Assembly (NCBI GenBank): GCA_963785725.1
Contig: CAWAWS010000006.1
Location: 192,001 to 256,000, forward strand
Reading direction: 5' to 3'
Length of the DNA: 64,000 nt
Source: an uncultured delta proteobacterium
Lineage (GTDB): Bacteria > Myxococcota_A > Polyangia > Palsa-1104
Part shown: in pieces, positions 16,596 through 25,429 of the stretch
Numbering within the stretch: the first letter of the stretch is position 1
How the letters are laid out: each line of letters opens with the position of its first letter
Made by a program: the position numbers and the translations under genes
Notes under the pieces: generated by a model
What the model was told of the DNA's origin: nothing
Database searches by the model: none
Seen by the model: only the letters and a program-made list of their open reading frames with translations

Positions 16596-17348
16596 ATGAA
16601 GATCTTCCACAAGACGCCGGACGAGATCGAGAAGCTGCGCGCGGTCAATTTGATCGTGGCGGCGGTGCTCGATGCGTGCGAAGCCGCGTGCAAGCCGGGC
16701 GCGACGACGTGGGATCTGAATCAGATCGCCGACGCGAAGATGAAAGAGCTCGGCGGAACGTCGGCATTCTTGGGCTATCACGGCTATCCGGCGGTGTTGT
16801 GCACGTCGGTCAATGAAGTCGTCGTGCACGGTATTCCGCGCAAGGACCTCGTCCTCAAGGACGGCGACGTCATCGGCGTCGACTTCGGCTGCTTCCGCGA
16901 AGGCTTTTGCGGCGACTCCGCGCGCACGATCCCGATCGGCAAAGCGACGGACGAGGCGCTCAAGCTGCTGGCGGCGACCAAGCAGTCGCTCGAGCTGGCC
17001 ATCGAGCAGTGTAAGCCGGGCAATCGGCTGCAGGACATCGGCTGGGCGGTGCAGTCGCACGTCGAGCCGCTCGGCTACTCGGTGGTGCGCACGTTCGTCG
17101 GTCACGGCATCGGGCGCGCGATGCACGAAGATCCGCCGGTCCCGAACTACGGCTCGCCGGGCAAGGGGCTGCGGCTGAAGCCGGGTTGGGTGTTGGCGAT
17201 CGAGCCGATGGTGAACGCCGGCAGCCACGAAGTAGAAGTGCTCGCGGACGGGTGGACAGCGGTCACGAAAGATCGCAAGTTATCTGCGCATTTCGAGCAT
17301 TCGGTGGCGATCATGGAAGACGGCCCGCTGGTGTTGAGCCGGCCGTAG
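16596..17348 (+). CDS. map: Methionine aminopeptidase type I
   Basis: [37 protein letters not shown]. Confidence 0.98.
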   Translation: MKIFHKTPDEIEKLRAVNLIVAAVLDACEAACKPGATTWDLNQIADAKMKELGGTSAFLGYHGYPAVLCTSVNEVVVHGIPRKDLVLKDGDVIGVDFGCFREGFCGDSARTIPIGKATDEALKLLAATKQSLELAIEQCKPGNRLQDIGWAVQSHVEPLGYSVVRTFVGHGIGRAMHEDPPVPNYGSPGKGLRLKPGWVLAIEPMVNAGSHEVEVLADGWTAVTKDRKLSAHFEHSVAIMEDGPLVLSRP

Positions 17349-17360
17349 GTTCGGAATTGG

Positions 17361-17389
17361 CTGGCATAGCTGATTCCACTTGCTATTCT
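17361..17389 (+). promoter_or_regulatory. Possible promoter for rpmJ and the alpha operon
   Basis: CTGGCA, 17 nt, then TATTCT with an extended TG, in the AT-richer map-rpmJ gap. Confidence 0.4.
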
Positions 17390-17456
17390 GTTCGGCTCGC
17401 TGTATTGGTGGCGGCCCTGTGAAAACAGGTTTAGGCCGGTTTTTCGGAGTGAACTC

Positions 17457-17570
17457 ATGAAGGTCCGGGCTTCGGTGAAGAAGATTTGTACGAAGTGCAA
17501 AGTGGTGCGCCGCAAGGGCGTCGTGCGCGTCATTTGCGAGAACACGAAGCACAAGCAGAGGCAGGGGTAA
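17457..17570 (+). CDS. rpmJ: 50S ribosomal protein L36 (zinc type)
   Basis: Translated by hand: [37 protein letters not shown]. Confidence 0.98.
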   Translation: MKVRASVKKICTKCKVVRRKGVVRVICENTKHKQRQG

Positions 17571-17960
17571 ATGGCTCGTATCGCCGGCATCGACCTTCCG
17601 CGCAACAAGCGGATGGAGATCGCACTGACTTACATCTACGGGATTGGCAAGACGACTGCTGCCAAGATTCTCGAGACCAGCAAGGTCTCTCCCGATAAGC
17701 GTACTGACGATCTCGATGAGAACGACGCGCGCGTCATCCGCGACGCCATCGAGGCGCTCGGCGTCAAGGTCGAGGGCGATCTTCGTCGTGATACGTCGAT
17801 GAACATCAAGCGCTTGATGGACCTCGGCTGCTACCGCGGCCTGCGCCATCGTAAGGGCCTGCCTGTTCGCGGACAGCGTACGCATACGAACTCGCGCACG
17901 CGCAAAGGTCCGCGCAAGGGTCAGCTCCGTCGCGTCGCGGCTCCCGCGGCGAAGCCGTAA
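17571..17960 (+). CDS. rpsM: 30S ribosomal protein S13
   Basis: [36 protein letters not shown]. Confidence 0.99.
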   Translation: MARIAGIDLPRNKRMEIALTYIYGIGKTTAAKILETSKVSPDKRTDDLDENDARVIRDAIEALGVKVEGDLRRDTSMNIKRLMDLGCYRGLRHRKGLPVRGQRTHTNSRTRKGPRKGQLRRVAAPAAKP

Positions 17961-17969
17961 AGGATCATC

Positions 17970-18350
17970 ATGGCCAAGGCAGCGAAGAAGAAGGTCAAGA
18001 AGAACGTCCAGAGCGGCATCTGCCACATCCAGTCGACGTTCAACAACACCATCGTCACCATCACCGACGTCAGTGGCAACACGGTGTCGTGGTCGTCGGC
18101 GGGCGTTCGTGGTTTCAAGGGTTCGCGTAAGTCGACGCCGTTTGCGGCGCAGCTCGCGGCCGAAGACGCCGCCAAGAAGGCGATGGACCACGGCATGCGC
18201 ACCATCTCGGTGTTCGTGAACGGTCCGGGCTCGGGTCGTGAGTCGGCGCTGCGCGCGCTGCAGGCCGCCGGGTTCAAGATCTCGCTGATTCGCGACGTCA
18301 CGCCGATTCCGCACAACGGCTGCCGTCCGCCCAAGCGCCGCCGCGTCTGA
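17970..18350 (+). CDS. rpsK: 30S ribosomal protein S11
   Basis: [44 protein letters not shown]. Confidence 0.99.
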   Translation: MAKAAKKKVKKNVQSGICHIQSTFNNTIVTITDVSGNTVSWSSAGVRGFKGSRKSTPFAAQLAAEDAAKKAMDHGMRTISVFVNGPGSGRESALRALQAAGFKISLIRDVTPIPHNGCRPPKRRRV

Positions 18351-18386
18351 TCCATTGCTGCTTCTGATCAACTGAGGATTATTTGA

Positions 18387-19016
<630 letters not shown>

Positions 19017-19119
19017 TCAGCACGAAAGTTAGGGACATCGACGGTCCGGCTAGTCCGGCAAGCCGTCCAGGAGCTGCGCACACAGCTTCGCCTTTTCCGT
19101 CAGGAGCAAAGGAGCCCAC

Positions 19120-20139
19120 ATGGCCTCGACGAGCCCCGCAGTGTTCGCCAAGAATTGGCGCGATCTCATCAAGCCGAAGACGCTGGAGATCGAAAAAGAG
19201 ACGCTCACCTCGATGTACGGCAAGTTCAGCTGCGAGCCGCTCGAGCGTGGCTTCGGTACGACGCTGGGCAACAGCCTGCGTCGCGTGCTGCTGTCGTCGC
19301 TGCAGGGCGCCGCGGTCACCGCCGTCAAGATCGACGGCGCGCTCCACGAGTTCCAGACGCTGCCGGACGTCGTCGAAGACGTCACCGACATCGTCCTGAA
19401 CTTGAAGGAAGTCCTCATCAAGATGGATGACCCGAAGCCCAAGGTCATTCGCATCGATAAGGAAGGCGAAGGCAAGGTCACGGCCGGCGACATCTCGGTC
19501 GTCGACGGCGTGCGCATCCTGAATCCCGAGCATCCGATCGCGACGCTGGCGCGCGGCGGCAAGCTGCACATGGAGCTGCTCGTGCAGATGGGTCGCGGCT
19601 ACGTTCCCGCCGAGCGCAACAAGACGGCGACGATGAGCGTCGGCACGATCCCGATCGACGCGCTGTTCGCGCCGGTCAAGAAGGTCAACTACACCGTCAC
19701 GCACGCTCGCGTTGGTCAGCAGACCGACTTCGACAAGCTGACGATCGAAGTGTGGACCGACGGCTCGGTCTCGCCGGAAGACGCGGTCGCGTTCTCGGCG
19801 AAGATCATGAAGGACCAGCTCTCCATCTTCATCAACTTCGAAGAGACGGAAGAGCCGATCGAAGAGACGGTCTCGGAAGAGGCCGCCAAGATGAACGAGA
19901 ACCTCGACAAGTCGGTCGATGAGCTCGAGCTGAGCGTCCGCTCCGCCAACTGCTTGCAGAACGCCAACATCCGTTACATCGGCGAGCTCGTGCAGAAGAC
20001 GGAAGCGGAGATGCTGAAGACCAAGAACTTCGGTCGTAAGTCGCTCAAGGAAATCAAAGAAATCCTGGCCGAGATGGGCCTTAGCCTCGGCATGAAGCTC
20101 GACGGCTGGGTTCCGCCGACGATGCGCGGCAAGGCGTAA
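19120..20139 (+). CDS. rpoA: RNA polymerase alpha subunit
   Basis: [43 protein letters not shown]. Confidence 0.99.
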   Translation: MASTSPAVFAKNWRDLIKPKTLEIEKETLTSMYGKFSCEPLERGFGTTLGNSLRRVLLSSLQGAAVTAVKIDGALHEFQTLPDVVEDVTDIVLNLKEVLIKMDDPKPKVIRIDKEGEGKVTAGDISVVDGVRILNPEHPIATLARGGKLHMELLVQMGRGYVPAERNKTATMSVGTIPIDALFAPVKKVNYTVTHARVGQQTDFDKLTIEVWTDGSVSPEDAVAFSAKIMKDQLSIFINFEETEEPIEETVSEEAAKMNENLDKSVDELELSVRSANCLQNANIRYIGELVQKTEAEMLKTKNFGRKSLKEIKEILAEMGLSLGMKLDGWVPPTMRGKA

Positions 20140-20175
20140 TCGTAACTCGGTTGCACCAGTAAAGAGGACACGGCA

Positions 20176-20760
20176 ATGCGCCATCAGAAATCGGGTCGTA
20201 AATTTTCGCGCAAGTCGGGACCGCGTCATGCGCTCCTGTCGGGTTTGGTGACGTCGCTGATCGAGTACGAGTCGATCAAGACGACCGATGCCAAGGCCAA
20301 AGAGCTGCGCAAGGTCGCCGAGCGGACGATCAGCTGGGCCACGTCGGTCGGCACCATCGTCGGCAAGGAAAAGGCTGACGCGGCGGACAAGGCCAAGATC
20401 GTTCACGCCATGCGCATGGCGCAGCGGATCGTCAAGCACAAGCCGACGCTGCACAAGCTGTTCGAGGAGATCGGTCCGCGTTTGGTCGGTCGTCCGGGCG
20501 GCTTCTTGCGCATCATGAAGCTCGGCTATCGCAACGGCGACGCGGCTCCGGTGTCGATCATCCAGTTCGTCGACCGCGCAGCGCCGGAAGCGGCGCACGA
20601 TGCGACGGCGGACGAGGCGCCGGCGGCCAAGGGCAAGAAGGCGGCGGCGCCCAAGGCTGAAGCGAAGGCGGCGGCGCCGAAGGCGGCCAAGAAGCCGAAG
20701 GCGGAAGCCGCGGGCGAGGCCAAGCCGAAGGCGAAAGCCAAGGCTAAGAAAGACGAGTAG
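20176..20760 (+). CDS. rplQ: 50S ribosomal protein L17 with Lys/Ala-rich C-terminal tail
   Basis: [40 protein letters not shown]. Confidence 0.98.
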   Translation: MRHQKSGRKFSRKSGPRHALLSGLVTSLIEYESIKTTDAKAKELRKVAERTISWATSVGTIVGKEKADAADKAKIVHAMRMAQRIVKHKPTLHKLFEEIGPRLVGRPGGFLRIMKLGYRNGDAAPVSIIQFVDRAAPEAAHDATADEAPAAKGKKAAAPKAEAKAAAPKAAKKPKAEAAGEAKPKAKAKAKKDE

Positions 20761-20805
20761 TCCGCCGCTCGGCGAACGCGCCGAGCCGCCATGACGAGCA
20801 CTTCG

Positions 20806-20839
20806 AGCCCCATCGCGAAAGCGGTGGGGCTTTTTTTTT
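20806..20839 (+). terminator. Intrinsic terminator ending the ribosomal superoperon
   Basis: AGCCCCATCGC-gaaa-GCGGTGGGGCT followed by a T run. Confidence 0.9.
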
Positions 20840-20884
20840 GCCCGAAAGTTTGCGTAGCGCCCGTCGCGGGGTTGGAATCAGGCC

Positions 20885-21235
20885 GTGGGGCTGCTCATCG
20901 GGTTGACGCTGGCGTCGGCGGCGCTGTTGGTCGTGTTGCGCCTGGCGGCGCGTTCACCGTCGCTGACGGCGGGCATGCGCGTCGTCGGGCGGCTGACGCT
21001 GGAGCCGCGGCGGTCGATCTATCTGGTCGAGGTCGGTGGTCGCTGCCTGGTGGTGGGCGTGGGCGAGGGGCCGATGGCGCTGCTGAGCGAGCTGCCCGAG
21101 CTTCCGGCGGCGGGGACGACGAACGTCGCGCCGTCCGAGGCGCTGGCGCGGCCGGAGCGGTGCTGGCCGGCCGTCGACGATTGTCGCCGCGCGTGGCGGC
21201 GAGTCATCCACGGCGGCAGCGGAGACGGCGCGTGA
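20885..21235 (+). CDS. FliO-like export-gate assembly protein (divergent)
   Basis: N-terminal TM helix, then MRVVGRLTLEPRRSIYLVEVGGRCLVVGVGEGPMALLSEL, the FliO pattern; lies upstream of the fliP-like gene. Confidence 0.7.
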   Translation: MGLLIGLTLASAALLVVLRLAARSPSLTAGMRVVGRLTLEPRRSIYLVEVGGRCLVVGVGEGPMALLSELPELPAAGTTNVAPSEALARPERCWPAVDDCRRAWRRVIHGGSGDGA

Positions 21236-21861
21236 AGGACCTGGGCGCCTGGGTGACGCTGCTCGTGGCCGTGCCGTTCGCGATCGTGGTCGCCGGCGCG
21301 TTCCTGAAGTTCGCGGTGGTGCTGGCGATCTTGCGGCGCGCGCTCGGCGGCTCGGCGCTGCCGCCGGCGTCGGTGGCGGCGGGCTTGGCGCTGTTGTTCG
21401 CGCTCTTCGTGACGGCGCCCGTCGCGCAGCGCGTGTGGGACGCAGCGCAGGCGGGCGCGCGCAAGGGAGATGCGACGGCCGCGGCCACGGCAGCCGCCGG
21501 CACGCTCGAGCCCGTGCGCGAGTTCTTGGCGCGCCACGCGCCGGCGCGCGAGCGGCAGAGCTTCCTCGAGCTGCAGCGGCAGCTGCGCCCGGCGGCCGAG
21601 CGCGCGGCGGTGAGCGACACCGATCTCGTCGTGCTGGCGCCGGCGTTCGCGACGGCGGAGCTGAAGTCGGCCTTCGAGATCGGCTTCTTGCTGTTCCTGC
21701 CGTTCCTCGTGATCGAGCTGTTGACGGCGATGGTGCTGACCTCGCTCGGCATGAACACGGTGGCGCCGGAGATGGTGTCGCTGCCGTTCAAGCTGCTGCT
21801 GTTCGTGCTCGCCGACGGTTGGCACCTGCTCTTTCGCGGGCTCATTTTGGGCTACACGTGA
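21232..21861 (+). CDS. FliP/SctR-like type III export gate protein (divergent)
   Basis: GTG overlapping the upstream stop; AFLKFAVVLAILRRALG..PP, LAPAFATAELKSAFEIGFLLFLPFLVIELL, SLPFKLLLFVLADGW. Confidence 0.9.
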   Translation: MKDLGAWVTLLVAVPFAIVVAGAFLKFAVVLAILRRALGGSALPPASVAAGLALLFALFVTAPVAQRVWDAAQAGARKGDATAAATAAAGTLEPVREFLARHAPARERQSFLELQRQLRPAAERAAVSDTDLVVLAPAFATAELKSAFEIGFLLFLPFLVIELLTAMVLTSLGMNTVAPEMVSLPFKLLLFVLADGWHLLFRGLILGYT

Positions 21862-22124
21862 CGGCGCTGGCGTCGGCGCTGCGCGAGGCGCTGCTGCTGC
21901 TCGTGACGCTGGCGCTGCCGCCGCTCGGCGCCGTGCTGCTCGTGGGCGTGGCGTCGGCGCTGTTGCAGACGGTGACGCAGGTGCGCGAACGGACGCTGTC
22001 GACGGTGCCGCGCATCGCGGCCGCGCTCGTGGCGCTGGCGCTGGCGGGGCCGTGGATCGGCGCGCGGCTGACGGCGTTCATGCGCGCGGTGCTGGAGGCC
22101 GTGCCGTCGCTCGGGCATTCGTGA
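21858..22124 (+). CDS. FliQ/SctS-like export gate protein (divergent)
   Basis: GTGA overlap; 88 aa; LREALLL...LLQTVTQVRERTLSTVPRI...AGPWI. Confidence 0.85.
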   Translation: MTALASALREALLLLVTLALPPLGAVLLVGVASALLQTVTQVRERTLSTVPRIAAALVALALAGPWIGARLTAFMRAVLEAVPSLGHS

Positions 22125-22819
22125 CAGCAGGCACGGTGACGACGGGGACGGCGGCGGCGTTCGCGGCCGCGCGCATGGTGCCGCTGGCGCTGGTGGCGAC
22201 GCCGCTGACGGGCCGCGCGTGGCCGGCGCGCCTCGTGGTCGCGGCGCTGCTCGTCGCCGGCACGACGCCGATCGTGCTGCAGCAGTCGCCGATGACGGGC
22301 TGGACCACGGAGCCGCTCGTCGGGCTGGCGCTCGGGCTCGTCGCGGCGCTGCCGTTCGCGGCGGCCGAGGCGGCGGGCGCGCTCATCGACGCCGGGATCC
22401 AGCCGTGGCGAGCGCGCGCGTCGACGCGCCCGGGGCCGCTGGCGGACGCCTACGCGCTCTTGGCGTTGGCGCTGTTCGCCGCGCTCGACGGTCCGGCGGC
22501 GACGTTGCGCGCGGCGCTCGGCAGCTACGTCGCCTGGCCGTCGGGCGCGCGGCCGACCGATGCGGAGCTGCTGGCGATCGGCGCCCGGCTCGTCGCCACG
22601 GCCGCGGAGCTGGCGGCCCCGGCGTTGGCGGCGCTGCTGCTCGCGGACCTGGCGCTGGCGCTCGTGGCGCGCGCGCAGCCGGCGTTGGCGCGCGCGGTCG
22701 ACGCCGCGCCGTTGCGCACGTTGGCGGCGCTGCTGGTGCTGGCGGGCGGCGTCTACGCGACTGCGCGCGCGCTCGGCCCGTCGCTCGAGGCGGCGGCGAC
22801 GCTGCCTCGGCTGCGCTGA
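22121..22819 (+). CDS. FliR/SctT-like export gate protein (highly divergent)
   Basis: GTGA overlap; hydrophobic; LVGLALGLVAALPFAAAEAAGALID and ELAAPALAALLLADLALALVARAQP match FliR/SctT segments. Confidence 0.75.
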   Translation: MTAGTVTTGTAAAFAAARMVPLALVATPLTGRAWPARLVVAALLVAGTTPIVLQQSPMTGWTTEPLVGLALGLVAALPFAAAEAAGALIDAGIQPWRARASTRPGPLADAYALLALALFAALDGPAATLRAALGSYVAWPSGARPTDAELLAIGARLVATAAELAAPALAALLLADLALALVARAQPALARAVDAAPLRTLAALLVLAGGVYATARALGPSLEAAATLPRLR

Positions 22820-22904
22820 ACGCGATGCGTCGTGAACGTTTTGCGCGCTGTCGCGAGGCGTGGCTGCGATCGCGCTATTGCCCATCGTGCTACGCTGACG
22901 ACGG

Positions 22905-23570
22905 ATGCGTCTCGTCGCTGCGATCGGGTTGCTGCTGGTGACCGCGCGCACGACGATGGCCGATCCGCAGCCGCCGCAAACGCCGACCGTCGCGCCCGCG
23001 CCCTGGATCTGGCCCGACGAGGATGACCCGAAGCTGGCGCGCGGCGCCGCGCAACGGCCGCGCGACTGGCTGCACGTCACCCATGACGTCCCGCGCTTTG
23101 CCCTCAGCTATCGACTGCTGTGGACGGCCAGCCTCACCGGCGGCAAGCTGCCCTTCGACGTCGGCGAGCTCGAGTATTTCCCGGTGTCCAACCTGATCCG
23201 CTTCGGCGTCGAGGGCGAGCTCGGCTGGGCCGGCGGCACCTACGGCCAGTGGTACACGCTCTTCGGCGCCACGCTCGGCCTGCAATACCCGGCGCGCGTC
23301 ACGCCGTTCCTCGAGGGCCGCTTCGTCGCCGGCCTCTCTGGCGGCAGCTACCTCGGCCAGAGCGTCTTCAGCTGGATGTACCAAGGCGGCCTCGAAGGCG
23401 GCGCCGAGATCTACTACGCGCGGCGCTTCTACGTGTCGCTCGCCATCGGCTGGGTGCATCCGGTGTATGCGGCCGTCGACGTCGCGGCGCTGATGGAAAA
23501 GCCGGCCAAGATCATCCATAAGAGCCTCAGCGACGACACCTTCACGTTCAAGATCGGGCTCGGCCTATGA
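22905..23570 (+). CDS. Exported protein, probable small outer-membrane beta-barrel
   Basis: Signal-peptide-like N-terminus, Pro-rich linker, alternating aromatic/Gly beta-strands, C-terminal strand TFTFKIGLGL. Confidence 0.6.
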   Translation: MRLVAAIGLLLVTARTTMADPQPPQTPTVAPAPWIWPDEDDPKLARGAAQRPRDWLHVTHDVPRFALSYRLLWTASLTGGKLPFDVGELEYFPVSNLIRFGVEGELGWAGGTYGQWYTLFGATLGLQYPARVTPFLEGRFVAGLSGGSYLGQSVFSWMYQGGLEGGAEIYYARRFYVSLAIGWVHPVYAAVDVAALMEKPAKIIHKSLSDDTFTFKIGLGL

Positions 23571-24523
23571 GCGGGCCGCTCTCGCCCTCGCCGCGACGGC
23601 TGCGCGAGGCGCGGGCGCGCGGCGACGTGGCGCATGCGCCGCTCTTGTCGACGACGGCGGCGCTGGCGGCGGCGGCGCTGGCGATCGTCTGGACGGCGCC
23701 GTCGGCGGCGGCGCGGCTGGTGGCGTTGGCGCGCGCGGCCTTTGGCGGCGCCGAGTCAGCGACCGCGTTGTCGGCGACGGCGCTGGCGACGCTCGCGCTG
23801 CTGTTCGCGCCTGTCGCCGCGGCGGCTTTCTTGGCGGCGGTCGTCGCCGGCCTCGCGCAAACGCGCTTTGCGCTCGCGTGGGGCGCGCTCGGTCGGCGGA
23901 CGCGCGGTGACGACGAGCCGCTGCCGCTCATTGGCTGGGTGGCGGCCGCGGCGACGGCGTTGGCGGCGTTGACGTGCGCGCGCGCGGCGCTGGCGGCGTT
24001 GGCGCGCAGCGACGGCACGAGCGCGGCGTTGACGGCGGCAGCGACGGCGTTGGCGGCCTTCGTCCCGCGCGCGCTGACGTTGTTGGCGCTCGGCGGCGTC
24101 GGCGAGCTGGTGCTGCGGCAGGCGCGGCTGACGGCGTCGCTGGCGATGACGCGCGCCGAGCGCGAGCGCGAGCGACGCGAGGACGAGGGCGATCCGCGGC
24201 TGCGTGCCGAGCAGCGCCGGCGCCAGCGCGCGCTCGGCCGCGACGGGCTCGCCGACGAGCTGGCGCGCGCGCAGGTCGTCGTCACCGCCGAGGGCGTGGC
24301 GGTGGCGCTGCGCTTCGTCGACGGCGCGGCGCGCGTGGCGGTCGCCTCGGGCGACGATCGCCTGCGCGCCCAGCGGCTGACGGCGATCGCGCGTCGCCTC
24401 GGTCTGCCCGTGCGCGCCGACGACGAGCTGGCGCTGGCCCTGTCGGCGCTGCCGCCCAATAGTCTCCTGACACCACGGTGGCAGCAACGTGCACAGGCGG
24501 CGTTGCGATCGCGTCGACGCTGA
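23567..24523 (+). CDS. FlhB/SctU-like export switch protein (divergent, no NPTH)
   Basis: N-terminal SPRRLREARARGDVA, TM region, LAMTRAERERERREDEGDPRLRAEQRRR, then AQVVVTAEGVAVALRF and IARRLGLPV. Confidence 0.8.
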   Translation: MSGPLSPSPRRLREARARGDVAHAPLLSTTAALAAAALAIVWTAPSAAARLVALARAAFGGAESATALSATALATLALLFAPVAAAAFLAAVVAGLAQTRFALAWGALGRRTRGDDEPLPLIGWVAAAATALAALTCARAALAALARSDGTSAALTAAATALAAFVPRALTLLALGGVGELVLRQARLTASLAMTRAERERERREDEGDPRLRAEQRRRQRALGRDGLADELARAQVVVTAEGVAVALRFVDGAARVAVASGDDRLRAQRLTAIARRLGLPVRADDELALALSALPPNSLLTPRWQQRAQAALRSRRR

Positions 24524-24538
24524 CGTATCACTCTCGAC

Positions 24539-25429
24539 ATGCAAACGCGCGTTCGCAAAGCGGTCATCCCGGCCGCCGGGCTCGGTACGCGGTTTCTCCC
24601 GGCCACGAAGTCGGTGCCGAAGGAGATGCTGCCCATCGTCGATGTTCCGACCTTGCAGCTCATCGTCGAGGAGGCGGTGGCGGCGGGGATCGAGCAGATC
24701 GTCGTCGTCACCGGTCGCGGCAAGAGCTCGATCGAAGACCACTTCGACATGAGCTACGAGCTCGAGCGCACGCTGCGCGACCGCGGCAAGACCGAGCTGC
24801 TGGCGGGCGTCGAGCGTATCTCGCAGCTGGTGCGGCTGGTGTCGGTGCGACAAAAAGAGCCGCTCGGCCTCGGTCACGCGGTGCTGGTGGCGCGGCAGAT
24901 CATCGGCGACGAGCCGGTCGCGGTGCTGCTCGGCGACGATCTGTTCGACTGCGACGGCCGCCGTCCGGCGATCGGGCAGCTGATGGACGAGTCGGAGCGG
25001 CTCGGCGGCAAAGGCGTCGTGTCGCTGATGGAAGTGCCCGTCGGACAAGAGCAGCTGTACGGCATCGTGTCGGGCAAGCCGGAGGGCGCGCGCGGCTTCA
25101 AGATCGACGACATGGTCGAGAAGCCGGCACCGGGGACGGCGCCGTCGCGGCTGGCGATCGTCGGGCGCTATGTCTTGCCGGCGGAGATCTGGGAGATCTT
25201 GGCGCACACCAAGCCGGGCAAAGGCGGCGAGATTCAGCTGACCGACGCGCTCAAGGAGCTGGCGCAGCGCGGCTCGGGCTGTTACGGGCTGACCGTCGAC
25301 GGCACGCGCCATGATGCCGGCGACAAGCTCGGCTATTTGGGCGCGAACTTGGCGTGGGCCCTCAAGCGCGACGACTTGCGGCCGGGGCTGTTGGCGCTGA
25401 TGCGACGGCTGATCGCAGAGCAGAATTGA
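24539..25429 (+). CDS. galU: UTP--glucose-1-phosphate uridylyltransferase
   Basis: KAVIPAAGLGTRFLPATKSVPKEMLPIVD, QKEPLGLGHAV, VEKP, GEIQLTDA. Confidence 0.97.
   Translation: MQTRVRKAVIPAAGLGTRFLPATKSVPKEMLPIVDVPTLQLIVEEAVAAGIEQIVVVTGRGKSSIEDHFDMSYELERTLRDRGKTELLAGVERISQLVRLVSVRQKEPLGLGHAVLVARQIIGDEPVAVLLGDDLFDCDGRRPAIGQLMDESERLGGKGVVSLMEVPVGQEQLYGIVSGKPEGARGFKIDDMVEKPAPGTAPSRLAIVGRYVLPAEIWEILAHTKPGKGGEIQLTDALKELAQRGSGCYGLTVDGTRHDAGDKLGYLGANLAWALKRDDLRPGLLALMRRLIAEQN

Noticed and set aside
20835..20860. Sigma54 promoter upstream of the fliO-like gene
   Set aside because: TTGC is present, but the required GG at -24 is missing at the correct spacing.
20791..21231. N-terminal extension of the 356-aa ORF containing the FliP-like domain
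   Set aside because: It spans the terminator and overlaps the fliO-like gene in another frame; the real start is the GTG at 21232.
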